From assembly GCA_043779265.1 (NCBI GenBank), contig JAYWEM010000160.1, positions 1-17,089 of the forward strand: a DNA stretch of 17,089 nt, in the 5' to 3' direction. Positions within the stretch are counted from its first letter, which is position 1. Each line of letters starts with the position of its first letter. The notes below the pieces were generated by a model, which had not been told where the DNA came from, made no database searches, and saw only the letters and a program-made list of their open reading frames with translations. The translations under genes and the position numbers were made by a program. The stretch is from a bacterium (lineage in GTDB: Bacteria > Eisenbacteria > RBG-16-71-46). This document shows, one piece after another, positions 1 to 7,799 of the stretch.

Positions 1-1196
1 AAGTCGTTGGGGTCGGTGGAGCGGCGACCCGGCGGGACGCGGGGATGGGTCTTGACCAGCACCAGGTGGTCGTAGAAGCGCACGGTCGAGACATCGGCGC
101 GCGCGACGAGGCGCCGGCCGACGAACCGCCTCGGCAGTGAGTACAGAGCACGGGCGACCTGGGCGTGCTGGTCGCGGGCCACTTTGGGCTCGCACCACAG
201 CGGCAGGTCGTAGCGCGTCGTGGGTGCCGGCAGCAAGAGCGCGCGCTCCTCGGCCTCGAAGTGCTCACGCGGCAGGCGCTGGGTGGTGCCATGCCGGTGC
301 ATGCCGTAGTCGTGCTCGCACCAGTGCCGGGCGTGGTCGCGGGACGGTTCGACATCGGTGAAGCGCTCGCCGGCGAAGCAGTCGTCGCGCACGTGGCGGA
401 CCGAGCGTTCGACGCGCGCCTTGTCGCAGGGATGACGGGCGCGGGTCGCATCGATGTGGAAGCCACGGGCCTGGGCGTACTCGAGGAACGCGCGGGTGAA
501 GCGCGGCTCGAGCGGATCGGCGTCCTGGACGATCGTCCTGGTGTTGTCCGGGACCAGCGTGCGGAACACGCCGCCGTAGAACTCCCACGCCGCCTCGCAC
601 GCCTCGATCGCGCTGGCCGTGGTCTCCGGCAGGCACGGGTAGACGAACCGGTAGCGCGACACGCCGGGCGTGAAGATCCATGCGCGCAGTCGCCGCCGCC
701 TGCCCGAGGCGTCGGGCTCCAGGTACGTCATCCAGCCGGTATCGACTTGAAGCTCGTCGCCGGGCTGGCCGTCCGCGAGCGGGATCGTCGCCACGGTCCG
801 GCCGAAGTCGAGTTCGACGATCGCGAACCGGCGCAGCGTCGGATACGCCACCTCGACGCCGCGGCGCTTGAGCAGCTTACGGATCTTGGAGAGCCGCACC
901 CCCTGCTTCAAGTGCGAGGCAATGAACTCGCGCTGCCCGGCGCACACCGCCCACGCATCGCCGCGTCGCCGGCCCCAGTCCGGCTGCAGCGCGGCCACCA
1001 CGGCCGCGACCCGGGCCTCGTCCAGCGGGGCGTCGCCCGCCGGCCAGGCTCCTTGCCCCTGCGCCACCCGCAGGTAGCGCCGGACGGTCTTGATATCGAG
1101 GCCGAGTTGCGCCGCGATCCGCTTCTTCGCGGTCCCGGCGCACCACAGCCTCAGGACTTCCTTGATCTCCAGCATCGTGACCTCGCGATAGCTCAT
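1..1196 (-). CDS. istA: IS21-family transposase IstA (3' end runs off the window)
   Basis: Manual translation from ATG 1196: MSYREVTMLEIKEVLRLWCAGTAKKRIAAQLGLDIKTVRRYL (HTH) ... ELQVDTGWM (D1) ... AWEFYGGVFRTLVPDNT (D2) ... HPCDKARVERSV (E) ... RHGTTQRLPREHF ... LYSLPRRFVG. The frame is open to position 1. AGGAGG lies 4 nt upstream. Not in the supplied ORF track because no stop falls in the window. Confidence 0.95.
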   Translation of the reverse strand, partial: MSYREVTMLEIKEVLRLWCAGTAKKRIAAQLGLDIKTVRRYLRVAQGQGAWPAGDAPLDEARVAAVVAALQPDWGRRRGDAWAVCAGQREFIASHLKQGVRLSKIRKLLKRRGVEVAYPTLRRFAIVELDFGRTVATIPLADGQPGDELQVDTGWMTYLEPDASGRRRRLRAWIFTPGVSRYRFVYPCLPETTASAIEACEAAWEFYGGVFRTLVPDNTRTIVQDADPLEPRFTRAFLEYAQARGFHIDATRARHPCDKARVERSVRHVRDDCFAGERFTDVEPSRDHARHWCEHDYGMHRHGTTQRLPREHFEAEERALLLPAPTTRYDLPLWCEPKVARDQHAQVARALYSLPRRFVGRRLVARADVSTVRFYDHLVLVKTHPRVPPGRRSTDPND

Positions 1197-1218
1197 GGAC
1201 CCTCCTGGGGAGGAGTCC
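1197..1218 (-). promoter_or_regulatory. Hairpin occluding the istA Shine-Dalgarno
   Basis: mRNA reads GGAC-U-CCUCC-CCA-GGAGG-GUCC-AUG: a 9-bp stem with one bulge whose 3' arm is the SD plus spacer. Confidence 0.6.
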
Positions 1219-1233
1219 TAGCCGCTTGGTCAC

Positions 1234-1297
1234 GCGGGGGGGGGAATGATTCTGCAAAGCTGGCCCTGCGGGGGTCCCATCATTCTGCAAACTGACA
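1234..1297 (-). repeat. IS21 left terminus with two transposase-binding-type repeats (L1 1291-1268, L2 1258-1234)
   Basis: L1 TTTGCAGAATGATGGGACCCCCGC and L2 TTTGCAGAATCATTCCCCCCCCCGC start 33 bp apart, just inside terminal TGTCAG. Multiple subterminal repeats are typical of IS21 ends. Confidence 0.85.
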
Positions 1298-1635
1298 CTC
1301 GCGACATTCTCACCGGTGAGGTGTGGCGCGAGCATCACCACCGCGCTCAAGTGCAGCCGACCATCCGCGATCGCATCGAAGATGGCCGGGTACAGGCGAG
1401 CCGCGCGAGCGGCTTGCCAGCGCTTGAAGGAGGAGTCCTCGGACATGTGAAGGACATGCACACAGTAGAGATGCATCGACGGGTAGCCGGCCGGCAGATA
1501 CAAGCGGCGGGCCTCGAACTCGGCGATGTGGGCCAGCAGATCCGCCGTCGCGGCGCGATCACGCACGGCGGCGGCGAGGAGTTCCTGACGTAGTACGTGG
1601 TCGGCAAGATGCGAGAGCGAGCGCATGGCAGTCAT
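1298..1635 (-). pseudogene. 5' fragment of a DUF222-like/HNH-endonuclease-family gene interrupted by IS21
   Basis: (MTA)MRSLSHLADHVLRQELLAAAVRDRAATADLLAHIAEFEARRLYLPAGYPSMHLYCVHVLHMSEDSSFKRWQAARAARLYPAIFDAIADGRLHLSAVVMLAPHLTGENVA resembles the N-terminal helical region of multicopy HNH-tailed proteins (recognised from memory). Protein-like sequence stops exactly at the IS end. Start is ATG 1635 or 1626. No HNH motif is visible in this window. Confidence 0.75.
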
Positions 1636-1881
1636 CCGCGGGGGCGAGTCGCGGGAGCACATGTCGTTCATAGCATGTGCGTTCGCGGCCGCCGTCCATG
1701 CGCGCAGAGCGGAGAACTCGGCTCATCGTGAGAGCGCTCTCGAGAGTGCCCGCGAACGCGGCATCCACGCCGAACGCGTGCGCCCTATCGCAAGGCAGTG
1801 GGCGGGCAGCGGCTTGGAGCAGGCACGCTCGAAATCGGCGTCAAGGGGAAATCGCGAATCCCCACAGAGCAGAGCGCTTCG

Positions 1882-2535
1882 TCAGTCGAGGTAGAGGCGC
1901 TTCAACCTGCCCCACGACTTTGCCTGACCGGGCAGCGGTCTGAGGCTCCCGGACGGCAGGGTCTCGTCCTCATGCCGCTCCACGAACCAGCGAGTGGAGT
2001 CCGACTGGCCTCGCGAGAGGGTGACGTGAGCCGAGTCCCCTCGCACCAGAAAGAACCTCGCGTTCCCAACGACATCGAAGCTCATCTGAGAGTCGCCCTC
2101 GCTCGACTGCACGCTCAGATCCACATTGGTGAGAATCGTCTTGTGCCACTTCGCCTGGCGACCGGGCCGCGGATCCGACAGTGGGATCAGCGTACGGCCG
2201 AAGACGAGCGCGACACTCGAGGCCGGCGGCAGCGAACCGCCTCCAACGAACAGATGCCGGTTCGACGTGGATTCGTGCTTCGGTCCCCAACCGACGATCC
2301 GGGACGTGTCCGCGAGCCCGAACACGAACTCGAAGTCATCCGTGAGCAGTTCGCGCAGTGCCATCGTGTCGCGATGGCTCCAGGCCCACTCGAGCCAACG
2401 CACCGCCTCCTCCGGCGAGTGCGCCACGCCTGGCGTCGGGACGGGCTGCGGCTGCACCGTCTCGGAGGCGCGGCCGCAAGCCCCCAACAAGAGCAGCGCC
2501 GCGATCGCGGGCAGGAGTCGTCTGGGCATTCGCAT
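1882..2535 (-). CDS. Predicted lipoprotein, possibly NTF2/SnoaL-like fold, with C-terminal SWGRLKRLY motif
   Basis: MRMPRRLLPAIAALLLLGAC is a signal peptide II with lipobox LGAC (Cys codon 2478-2476). A Pro-rich linker follows, then 'AWSHRDTMALRELLTDDFEFVF', resembling the NTF2-like N-terminal pattern. Start could be 2550, 2535 or 2529. Confidence 0.75.
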   Translation of the reverse strand: MRMPRRLLPAIAALLLLGACGRASETVQPQPVPTPGVAHSPEEAVRWLEWAWSHRDTMALRELLTDDFEFVFGLADTSRIVGWGPKHESTSNRHLFVGGGSLPPASSVALVFGRTLIPLSDPRPGRQAKWHKTILTNVDLSVQSSEGDSQMSFDVVGNARFFLVRGDSAHVTLSRGQSDSTRWFVERHEDETLPSGSLRPLPGQAKSWGRLKRLYLD

Positions 2536-2577
2536 GGTGGCGAGGAGCATGTCACGCGGCGCACTCGCCGCGGAAGC

Positions 2578-3438
2578 TCAAAGTTCCCGCCGATACTCCC
2601 CCCACCCCCGCCACCGGCCGGCCAGGATCGCGCGATACCTCGCCGCCATGCCCCAGCGCAGCGTCACGGCATGGAACAGCGCCGCGTACGCCGCGCGCTG
2701 CAGGTAGTGGAACCACAGCATGAGGAAGAACGCGTAGTGCTTCCGCCCGGCGTGCTTGCCGAACAGCGCGCCCCAGCCGCGGCCGTACTGGAACGCCCGC
2801 TCGGCCTGTGCGCGGGCGCCGCGGACTTCGAAGGGCTCCGGGTGGGTGACCACGAGTTCCGGCGCGTACCAGCCGTGCCGGCCCGACTCGAGGATACGGA
2901 ACAGCAGGTCGCTCTCCTCGCCGCTCGGGAACCGCGCACCCACTCCGAGGTCCTCGTCGAAGCCGCCGATCTCCGCGAGCACGTCGCGCCGCACGAACAG
3001 CCCGGGCGACATCACGGTGCGCAGCACGTCGTCATGCAGATGCAGCCGGCGCGCGCGCGCATCCGCCGAGGGCATGAGCGCGCGACCGGCGGGCGAGAGG
3101 ACGCGCGCGCTCACGAACGCGACGTCGGGCTGCGCCGCGATCACGGCGTCGAAGCGCGCGAGCACGTCGGGCGGCACCGTGCAGTCGTCATCGGGGAAGT
3201 ACACCCAGTCGCCCGTCGCATGCTCGAGCCCCGCATTGCGCGCCCGCGAGATGCCGCGCGCCTCGAGGCGCAACATGATCACGGCGGCCGAGATGCCCAC
3301 CATCGGCGACTCCGCGCTCTGGTCCGCCACGATCACCTGGGCGAATGCAGGATCGGCGGCCGCGAGCGAGGCGAGACACTCGTGCAGCAGCGCGGGTCGA
3401 TCGAGGGTCGGGATCACCGCCGAGACACGCACGCTCAT
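2578..3438 (-). CDS. Glycosyltransferase family 2 (GT-A)
   Basis: VSAVIPT, VIVADQS, GISRARNAG, DXD-type YFPDDDC, IGGFDEDLG, GEESDL. ATG overlaps the upstream stop (ATGA at 3438-3435). Confidence 0.93.
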   Translation of the reverse strand: MSVRVSAVIPTLDRPALLHECLASLAAADPAFAQVIVADQSAESPMVGISAAVIMLRLEARGISRARNAGLEHATGDWVYFPDDDCTVPPDVLARFDAVIAAQPDVAFVSARVLSPAGRALMPSADARARRLHLHDDVLRTVMSPGLFVRRDVLAEIGGFDEDLGVGARFPSGEESDLLFRILESGRHGWYAPELVVTHPEPFEVRGARAQAERAFQYGRGWGALFGKHAGRKHYAFFLMLWFHYLQRAAYAALFHAVTLRWGMAARYRAILAGRWRGWGEYRREL

Positions 3439-4511
3439 GCCATCACCTCGGCGAACAGCGCTTCGTAGCGCGATGCGACTTCGGCGGGCGCATGCTCACG
3501 CACGCGGCGGCGCGCCTCATCGGCGAGCGCATCGCGCCGGGCGGGGTCCACGGCGAGCGCGCGGATGGCATCGCCCATCGCGTCGTTGTCGCCCGCGGGA
3601 ATGAGCACACCTGCTGCCGGTTCCCCTTCGAGCAATCGCTCGACGCTCGGCCCGCAACGAGACGCCACCACGGGGAGCCCGCTCGCCATCGCCTCGAGCA
3701 GTGAGAGCGGCAGTCCCTCGGCGCGCGACGGCAGCACGTAGAGATCGGCCGCAGCGTAGCGAGGTGCGGGGTCGGGCTCGAAACCGGCGATCTCGATCCG
3801 CCTCGCGCTCGCCTTGGCCTCGAGCGCGGCCTTCTCGGGGCCATCGCCGACCAAGGTCCACGAGGTCATCGCATCGCCCGCGCGCGCCGCGATCGCGGGC
3901 ACGCGGTCGCTCCCCTTGACGGCGTGCAGGCTGCCCACCGTCAGCAACCGCATCGCGCCTGACGCACGCGGCGAGCGGCGGCCGGCGATCCCCTCGGCCC
4001 ACGGCGCATGCGGATTCGGCAACCGCACGAGCTGCGCCTCCGGCACCCCGAGCGCGCGGCTCGCGCGGGCAGCGCCCTCGGAGACCGCGACGACGCGCCG
4101 GGCGCGACGCATCGCCCAGCGCTGCCCGAGCCAGGCGAGTTGCGGCACGTGCTGGTGCCGTCGGAACTCGTGCAGGTCGGGGTGCACGATCGAGACGAAG
4201 GGTCTGCCCGCGCGCATCGCAGCCAGGGCCGCCACCATGCTCGCGGCCCACTCCATGCCACCCACGACCACGTCGGCCTCGCGCGCGGCCGCGGTGGCGC
4301 CCGAGAGGATGGCCCCCGCATGTGCCCACAACGAACCGTTGCGCGGCGACAGCGCGCGAGGCGGCGCCAGCCCATCGGGCAGCGCGTGTTCCACCCAGTC
4401 CTTGAGCAGCACCAGTCGAAGGCTCGCGCGATGCATGGCCGGAGCCAACACGAGCGGCAGGCGCTCGGCGCCACCGCCTCGGAGGTTGGTGAGGAACCAG
4501 GCGACTCGCAT
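3435..4511 (-). CDS. Glycosyltransferase family 4 (GT-B)
   Basis: N-terminal GGGAER; VGSLHAVKG, LVGDGPE, and DLYVLPSRAEGLPLSLLEAMASG (E-x7-E motif). Confidence 0.93.
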   Translation of the reverse strand: MRVAWFLTNLRGGGAERLPLVLAPAMHRASLRLVLLKDWVEHALPDGLAPPRALSPRNGSLWAHAGAILSGATAAAREADVVVGGMEWAASMVAALAAMRAGRPFVSIVHPDLHEFRRHQHVPQLAWLGQRWAMRRARRVVAVSEGAARASRALGVPEAQLVRLPNPHAPWAEGIAGRRSPRASGAMRLLTVGSLHAVKGSDRVPAIAARAGDAMTSWTLVGDGPEKAALEAKASARRIEIAGFEPDPAPRYAAADLYVLPSRAEGLPLSLLEAMASGLPVVASRCGPSVERLLEGEPAAGVLIPAGDNDAMGDAIRALAVDPARRDALADEARRRVREHAPAEVASRYEALFAEVMA

Positions 4512-4518
4512 CGCGTGC

Positions 4519-5244
4519 TCAGCGCTTCTCGGCGACCGCGATCAGATTGAACTCGAGCGGCGTGCGGATGTCCTCGCTCCCCAACTCGGCCACCAGGTAC
4601 AGCCGCCAGATCGCGCGCATCGCGCCCGCCACCCAGCTCCGCACGTGAGCCTTCCAGGTCAGCGGGCGGAACCGCTCGCCGACGATCGCGACCGGATTGA
4701 GATCGCAGGTGAGGAACGCCTGCCGCAGCGAGTGCTCCGAGTAGACCAGTTCGTGCGTCAGGTCGCGCCAGCGGAATCTCGAGGCCAGAGGCGACAGCGC
4801 GTTGGGCGTTTTGATCACCACGCGTCCGCCCGGCTTGAGCGCGCTGTGGCAGGCATCGAGGAAGGCGAGCAGTTCGTCTCGGGTGAGGTGCTCGGCGAAG
4901 TCCAGTGCCAGGACGGCGTCCAGTTGGCCCGGACGGGCCGTGAGCCACTCGATCGCCTCGGCACGCTCGACCGGGAGCCCCTTCGACTTCGCCACCTCGA
5001 CCTGCTCCTCGGAGAGATCGATGCCGATGACGTTGGTGTAGCCCGAGCGCTGCAGCATCGAGAGCGCATAGCCGATGCCGCAGGCGGCATCGACGATGAA
5101 CGCATCACGGCGGCTCGTCACATGAGGCAGTAGCAACTCGCGCAGCGCGGGCAGCGCCAAGGCGAACGCCGCCTCATCGCCGGGGCTCGTCTCGCCGTAC
5201 GTCGTCGTGAAGTAGCGCGAGTAGATGCGCTCACGGAATCCCAT
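4519..5244 (-). CDS. Class I SAM-dependent methyltransferase, probably glycan-modifying
   Basis: Start re-called to ATG 5244 (MGFRERIY), overlapping the flippase stop as TGATG. Motif I IVDAACGIG, then GIDLS, DFAEHL, LKPGG-x-IKTPN, DLTH. Confidence 0.88.
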   Translation of the reverse strand: MGFRERIYSRYFTTTYGETSPGDEAAFALALPALRELLLPHVTSRRDAFIVDAACGIGYALSMLQRSGYTNVIGIDLSEEQVEVAKSKGLPVERAEAIEWLTARPGQLDAVLALDFAEHLTRDELLAFLDACHSALKPGGRVVIKTPNALSPLASRFRWRDLTHELVYSEHSLRQAFLTCDLNPVAIVGERFRPLTWKAHVRSWVAGAMRAIWRLYLVAELGSEDIRTPLEFNLIAVAEKR

Positions 5245-6509
5245 CAGGCGGCCCTCCTGGCCGAGCCGTCGCGGATCGCGAAGGCGTAAAGCATCCATAG
5301 CAGAACATACGTGCCGATGGTCGCCCAAGCGGCACCCAACAAGCCGAGGCGCGGAATCAGCAACACGTTCGCGCCCAGATTCAGCACTGCCGCCAAACCC
5401 GCGCACCACGCGAGCGGTCGCTCACGTCCCGCTGCCACATGCGCCGTCCCGAGTGTCGAGACCACGAAGTCGAGCGGCACGACGAATGCCAGGACGCGCA
5501 GCACCTGTGCCGACTCGCGGTACTCGGCGCCGAACAGTGCCAGCACGATCGGCTCGGCCCACCAGGTCAGCGCGAGCGCGGCCACCACGCCACCCATCAG
5601 CGCGAACCCCACCAATCGGCCCGCGAGGCTGCGCGCCTGCGCCGCCTCGCCCTTCGCCATCCTCGCGAGCACCGGGAAGGCGGCGAACGTCACCGCATTG
5701 AAGGCGGCCAGCGGCACCTGGATCACGCGATAGGCGCTGCCGTAGAGACCGACTGCGCGATCGCCGAGGAAGGCCTTCAAGAGCAGCGAGTCGCCGCTGT
5801 TGTAGGCGAGCACCGCGAGGTTGGCCATGAGCAGCACGCCGCCCGAGGCGAGCGCCGCGCGAGCCGCGGGTGACGCGATCGTCTCGCGCCACGACAGCAT
5901 CGTCTCCGCCCGGCTCCCCTTGGGCTCTCCGTGCCGCACGCGCGCGAGCAGCGCGATCCCGATGGCGGCCGCGATCGCGCCAGCGGCCAGTCTCAAGAGC
6001 GGCGCCCACAGCAGGTCGTCCGGCGTCTGGATCAGCGCCAATGCCCCGATCAGCAGCAGCGCCGGCTGCAGCGCGCCCAGCAGTCCCGCCAGGTCCATGC
6101 GTCCGATCGCGCGGAACGCCCAGTCGGGGACCAGCGCCAGCGGCAGTGCGACAAGCAGCGTGCACGTCATCACCAGCCGCGTCGTCTCGGAGGCGGGCAC
6201 GAGCCAGGTCACCAACAGCGCGACCGAGACGAGAAGCGCCGTGAGCGAGGCGCGCAGCGCGGCGACCGTGCGCCAGGTGCGATGGCGTTCGGACTCGTGG
6301 ACCGCCATCTCGCGGACACCGTGGATCGACAATCCGAAGTCGCCACCCAGCAGCACGTAGCCCAGAACCGCCTGGGCGAACGTGATCAGCCCGAACGCCT
6401 CGGGGCCCAGATGACGCGCCATCCATGCGGTGGCGCCGAACAGCGCGATGCGCGCGAGCGCGTCGCCGGCGAGCAGCGGCAGCGACTCGCGGGCGATGCG
6501 GCGGATCAC
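5244..6509 (-). CDS. wzx: Wzx-type oligosaccharide flippase (MOP superfamily)
   Basis: 421 aa with many hydrophobic segments; ARHLGPEAFG, DFGLSIHGVRE, AVGLYGSAYR, LNLGANVLLIPRLGLLGAAWAT. GTG overlaps the trmD stop (GTGA). Confidence 0.9.
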   Translation of the reverse strand: MIRRIARESLPLLAGDALARIALFGATAWMARHLGPEAFGLITFAQAVLGYVLLGGDFGLSIHGVREMAVHESERHRTWRTVAALRASLTALLVSVALLVTWLVPASETTRLVMTCTLLVALPLALVPDWAFRAIGRMDLAGLLGALQPALLLIGALALIQTPDDLLWAPLLRLAAGAIAAAIGIALLARVRHGEPKGSRAETMLSWRETIASPAARAALASGGVLLMANLAVLAYNSGDSLLLKAFLGDRAVGLYGSAYRVIQVPLAAFNAVTFAAFPVLARMAKGEAAQARSLAGRLVGFALMGGVVAALALTWWAEPIVLALFGAEYRESAQVLRVLAFVVPLDFVVSTLGTAHVAAGRERPLAWCAGLAAVLNLGANVLLIPRLGLLGAAWATIGTYVLLWMLYAFAIRDGSARRAA

Positions 6510-7276
6510 GCGGGCGAATCCCCGGGCTTCGCGTGCTCGCGCTCGAGTCGGCGCAGGAACTTGCGATCGTCATCCGACAGCGGCGCGGAGGCGAGCAGGT
6601 CCGGCCGGCGCTCGAATGTCCGGCGCAGGGCCTCCTCGCGCCGCGCCTTCGAGATCAGCGCGTGGTGACCCGAGAGCAGCACGTCGGGCACCGTCCAGCC
6701 ACGGTACTCGGCCGGCCGCGTGTAGTAGGCGCAGTCGAGCAGCCCCGAGTGGAATGAATCGCTCTCGACCGAGTCGAACTTGCCCACCACGTCCGGCAGC
6801 AATCGCGCGAGGGCATCGACGACGCACAGCGCCGCCGGCTCACCTCCCGACAGGATGAAGTCGCCGAGCGAGAACTCCTCGTCCACCAGATGATCGGCGA
6901 CGCGCTCGTCCATCCCCTTGTAGCGCCCGCACAGGATCACCAGATGATCGAGCTTGGCCCAATCGATGGCGCGCGCCTGGGTGAACGGCCTGCCCTGCGG
7001 CGACGTGAGCACCACCTTGGTGCCGGGCCCTCGTTCGCCCTTGGGCGGCAGCCCGAGCGAGGCCAGCGCGCGGTCGACGGGCTCGATCTTCATGATCATC
7101 CCGACACCGCCGCCGAACGGGGAATCGTCGGTCGTGCGATGCGCATCCTCGGTGTGATCGCGCAGGTTCACGACGTCGATCTCGAGGCGGCCCTTCTCGC
7201 GGGCGACGCGGATCATCCCGTCGGCGAATCCGGCAGGGAAGAACTCGGGGAAGATCGTCAGCAGCGAGATGCGCAT
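6506..7276 (-). CDS. trmD: tRNA (guanine37-N1)-methyltransferase TrmD
   Basis: MRISLLTIFPEFF, DDSPFGGGVGMIMK, LTSPQGRPFTQ, LCGRYKGMDERV, SLGDFILSGGE, DSF, YTRP, VPDVLLSGHH. GGAGG SD 4 nt upstream. Confidence 0.98.
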   Translation of the reverse strand: MRISLLTIFPEFFPAGFADGMIRVAREKGRLEIDVVNLRDHTEDAHRTTDDSPFGGGVGMIMKIEPVDRALASLGLPPKGERGPGTKVVLTSPQGRPFTQARAIDWAKLDHLVILCGRYKGMDERVADHLVDEEFSLGDFILSGGEPAALCVVDALARLLPDVVGKFDSVESDSFHSGLLDCAYYTRPAEYRGWTVPDVLLSGHHALISKARREEALRRTFERRPDLLASAPLSDDDRKFLRRLEREHAKPGDSPA

Positions 7277-7292
7277 GCGGCCTCCACCCGGG

Positions 7293-7799
7293 TCAGAAGT
7301 CCCCGAACCCCGGCGGCAGGTCGAGCACCGCGATGCCCTCGACGAAATCGATGCGCCGGAGGAAGGCTCCGAACGCCGGCACCAGCATCTCGCGCCCCTC
7401 GACGTCGATGGCGAACAGCTGCTGGCCCGAGTTCAGGATCACATCACTCACGGTGCCGATGGTCTCGCCGGTCGGCGAGACGGCCTTCAGCCCGACCAAC
7501 TGGAACGTGTAGGCCTTGTCGGGCCCCGGATCCGGAAGCCGATCGGCCTCGATCCAGAGTTCGCCCGGCGTGAGCGTGCCGGCGATGTCGCGCAGCAGCA
7601 CCTCGGCGAACATGATCAGGAGTCGATCGTGCGTGGCGCGAACCGCGCGCACGGTGAGCGTGCGTCGTCGATCGCGGCCACGCCACTCGACCGTTCCCAG
7701 CGCCAGCAGCTCCTCGGGACTGAGGGAGCAGCGGTCGATGTAGATCTCCCCATCGAGCCCGTGCGGGCGGCCGACTCGAGCCAGCTGGACGAACCTCAG
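7293..7799 (-). CDS. rimM: 16S rRNA processing / 30S maturation factor RimM (probable CTG start)
   Basis: The ORF-track frame 7293-7652 continues upstream without a stop as LRFVQLARVGRPHGLDGEIYID (RimM N-terminal G-x-x-H-G-L-x-G-E motif). The C-terminal PRC-barrel region reads YTFQLVGLKAVSPTGETIGTVSDVI...EMLVPA...IDFVEG. It lies between khpA and trmD and is 168 aa from CTG 7799. Confidence 0.93.
   Translation of the reverse strand: MRFVQLARVGRPHGLDGEIYIDRCSLSPEELLALGTVEWRGRDRRRTLTVRAVRATHDRLLIMFAEVLLRDIAGTLTPGELWIEADRLPDPGPDKAYTFQLVGLKAVSPTGETIGTVSDVILNSGQQLFAIDVEGREMLVPAFGAFLRRIDFVEGIAVLDLPPGFGDF

Larger units (their letters stand above)
1..1297 (-). mobile_element. IS21-family insertion sequence, left part (left end + istA; istB and right end lie beyond the window)
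   Basis: On the minus strand the element begins 5'-TGTCAGTTTGCAGAATGATGGG at 1297 (TG terminus). Two subterminal direct repeats and an IstA-type DDE transposase gene follow. The flanking host ORF is cut at 1298/1297. Confidence 0.92.

Noticed and set aside
1236..1244. G9/C9 homopolymer as a phase-variation or frameshift site fusing the host gene to istA
   Set aside because: TGA and TAG lie in the istA frame between the run and the ATG, so slippage cannot produce a fusion. The run is part of repeat L2.
1234..1291. Two spaced direct repeats as a mini-CRISPR
   Set aside because: Only two degenerate copies with a 9-bp gap, no cas genes, and the position is explained by the IS21 end.
165..1295. 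376-aa plus-strand ORF
   Set aside because: Antisense shadow of istA with no recognisable motifs. The minus frame has a full HTH + DDE transposase.
877..1671. 264-aa ORF as an intact gene or a host-transposase fusion
   Set aside because: Chimeric read-through: it is protein-like only up to the IS junction at 1298 and is out of frame with istA.
1816..1863. Terminator or promoter downstream of the lipoprotein gene
   Set aside because: The hairpin is imperfect with no real U-tract, and TTGACG has no credible -10 at 17 nt.
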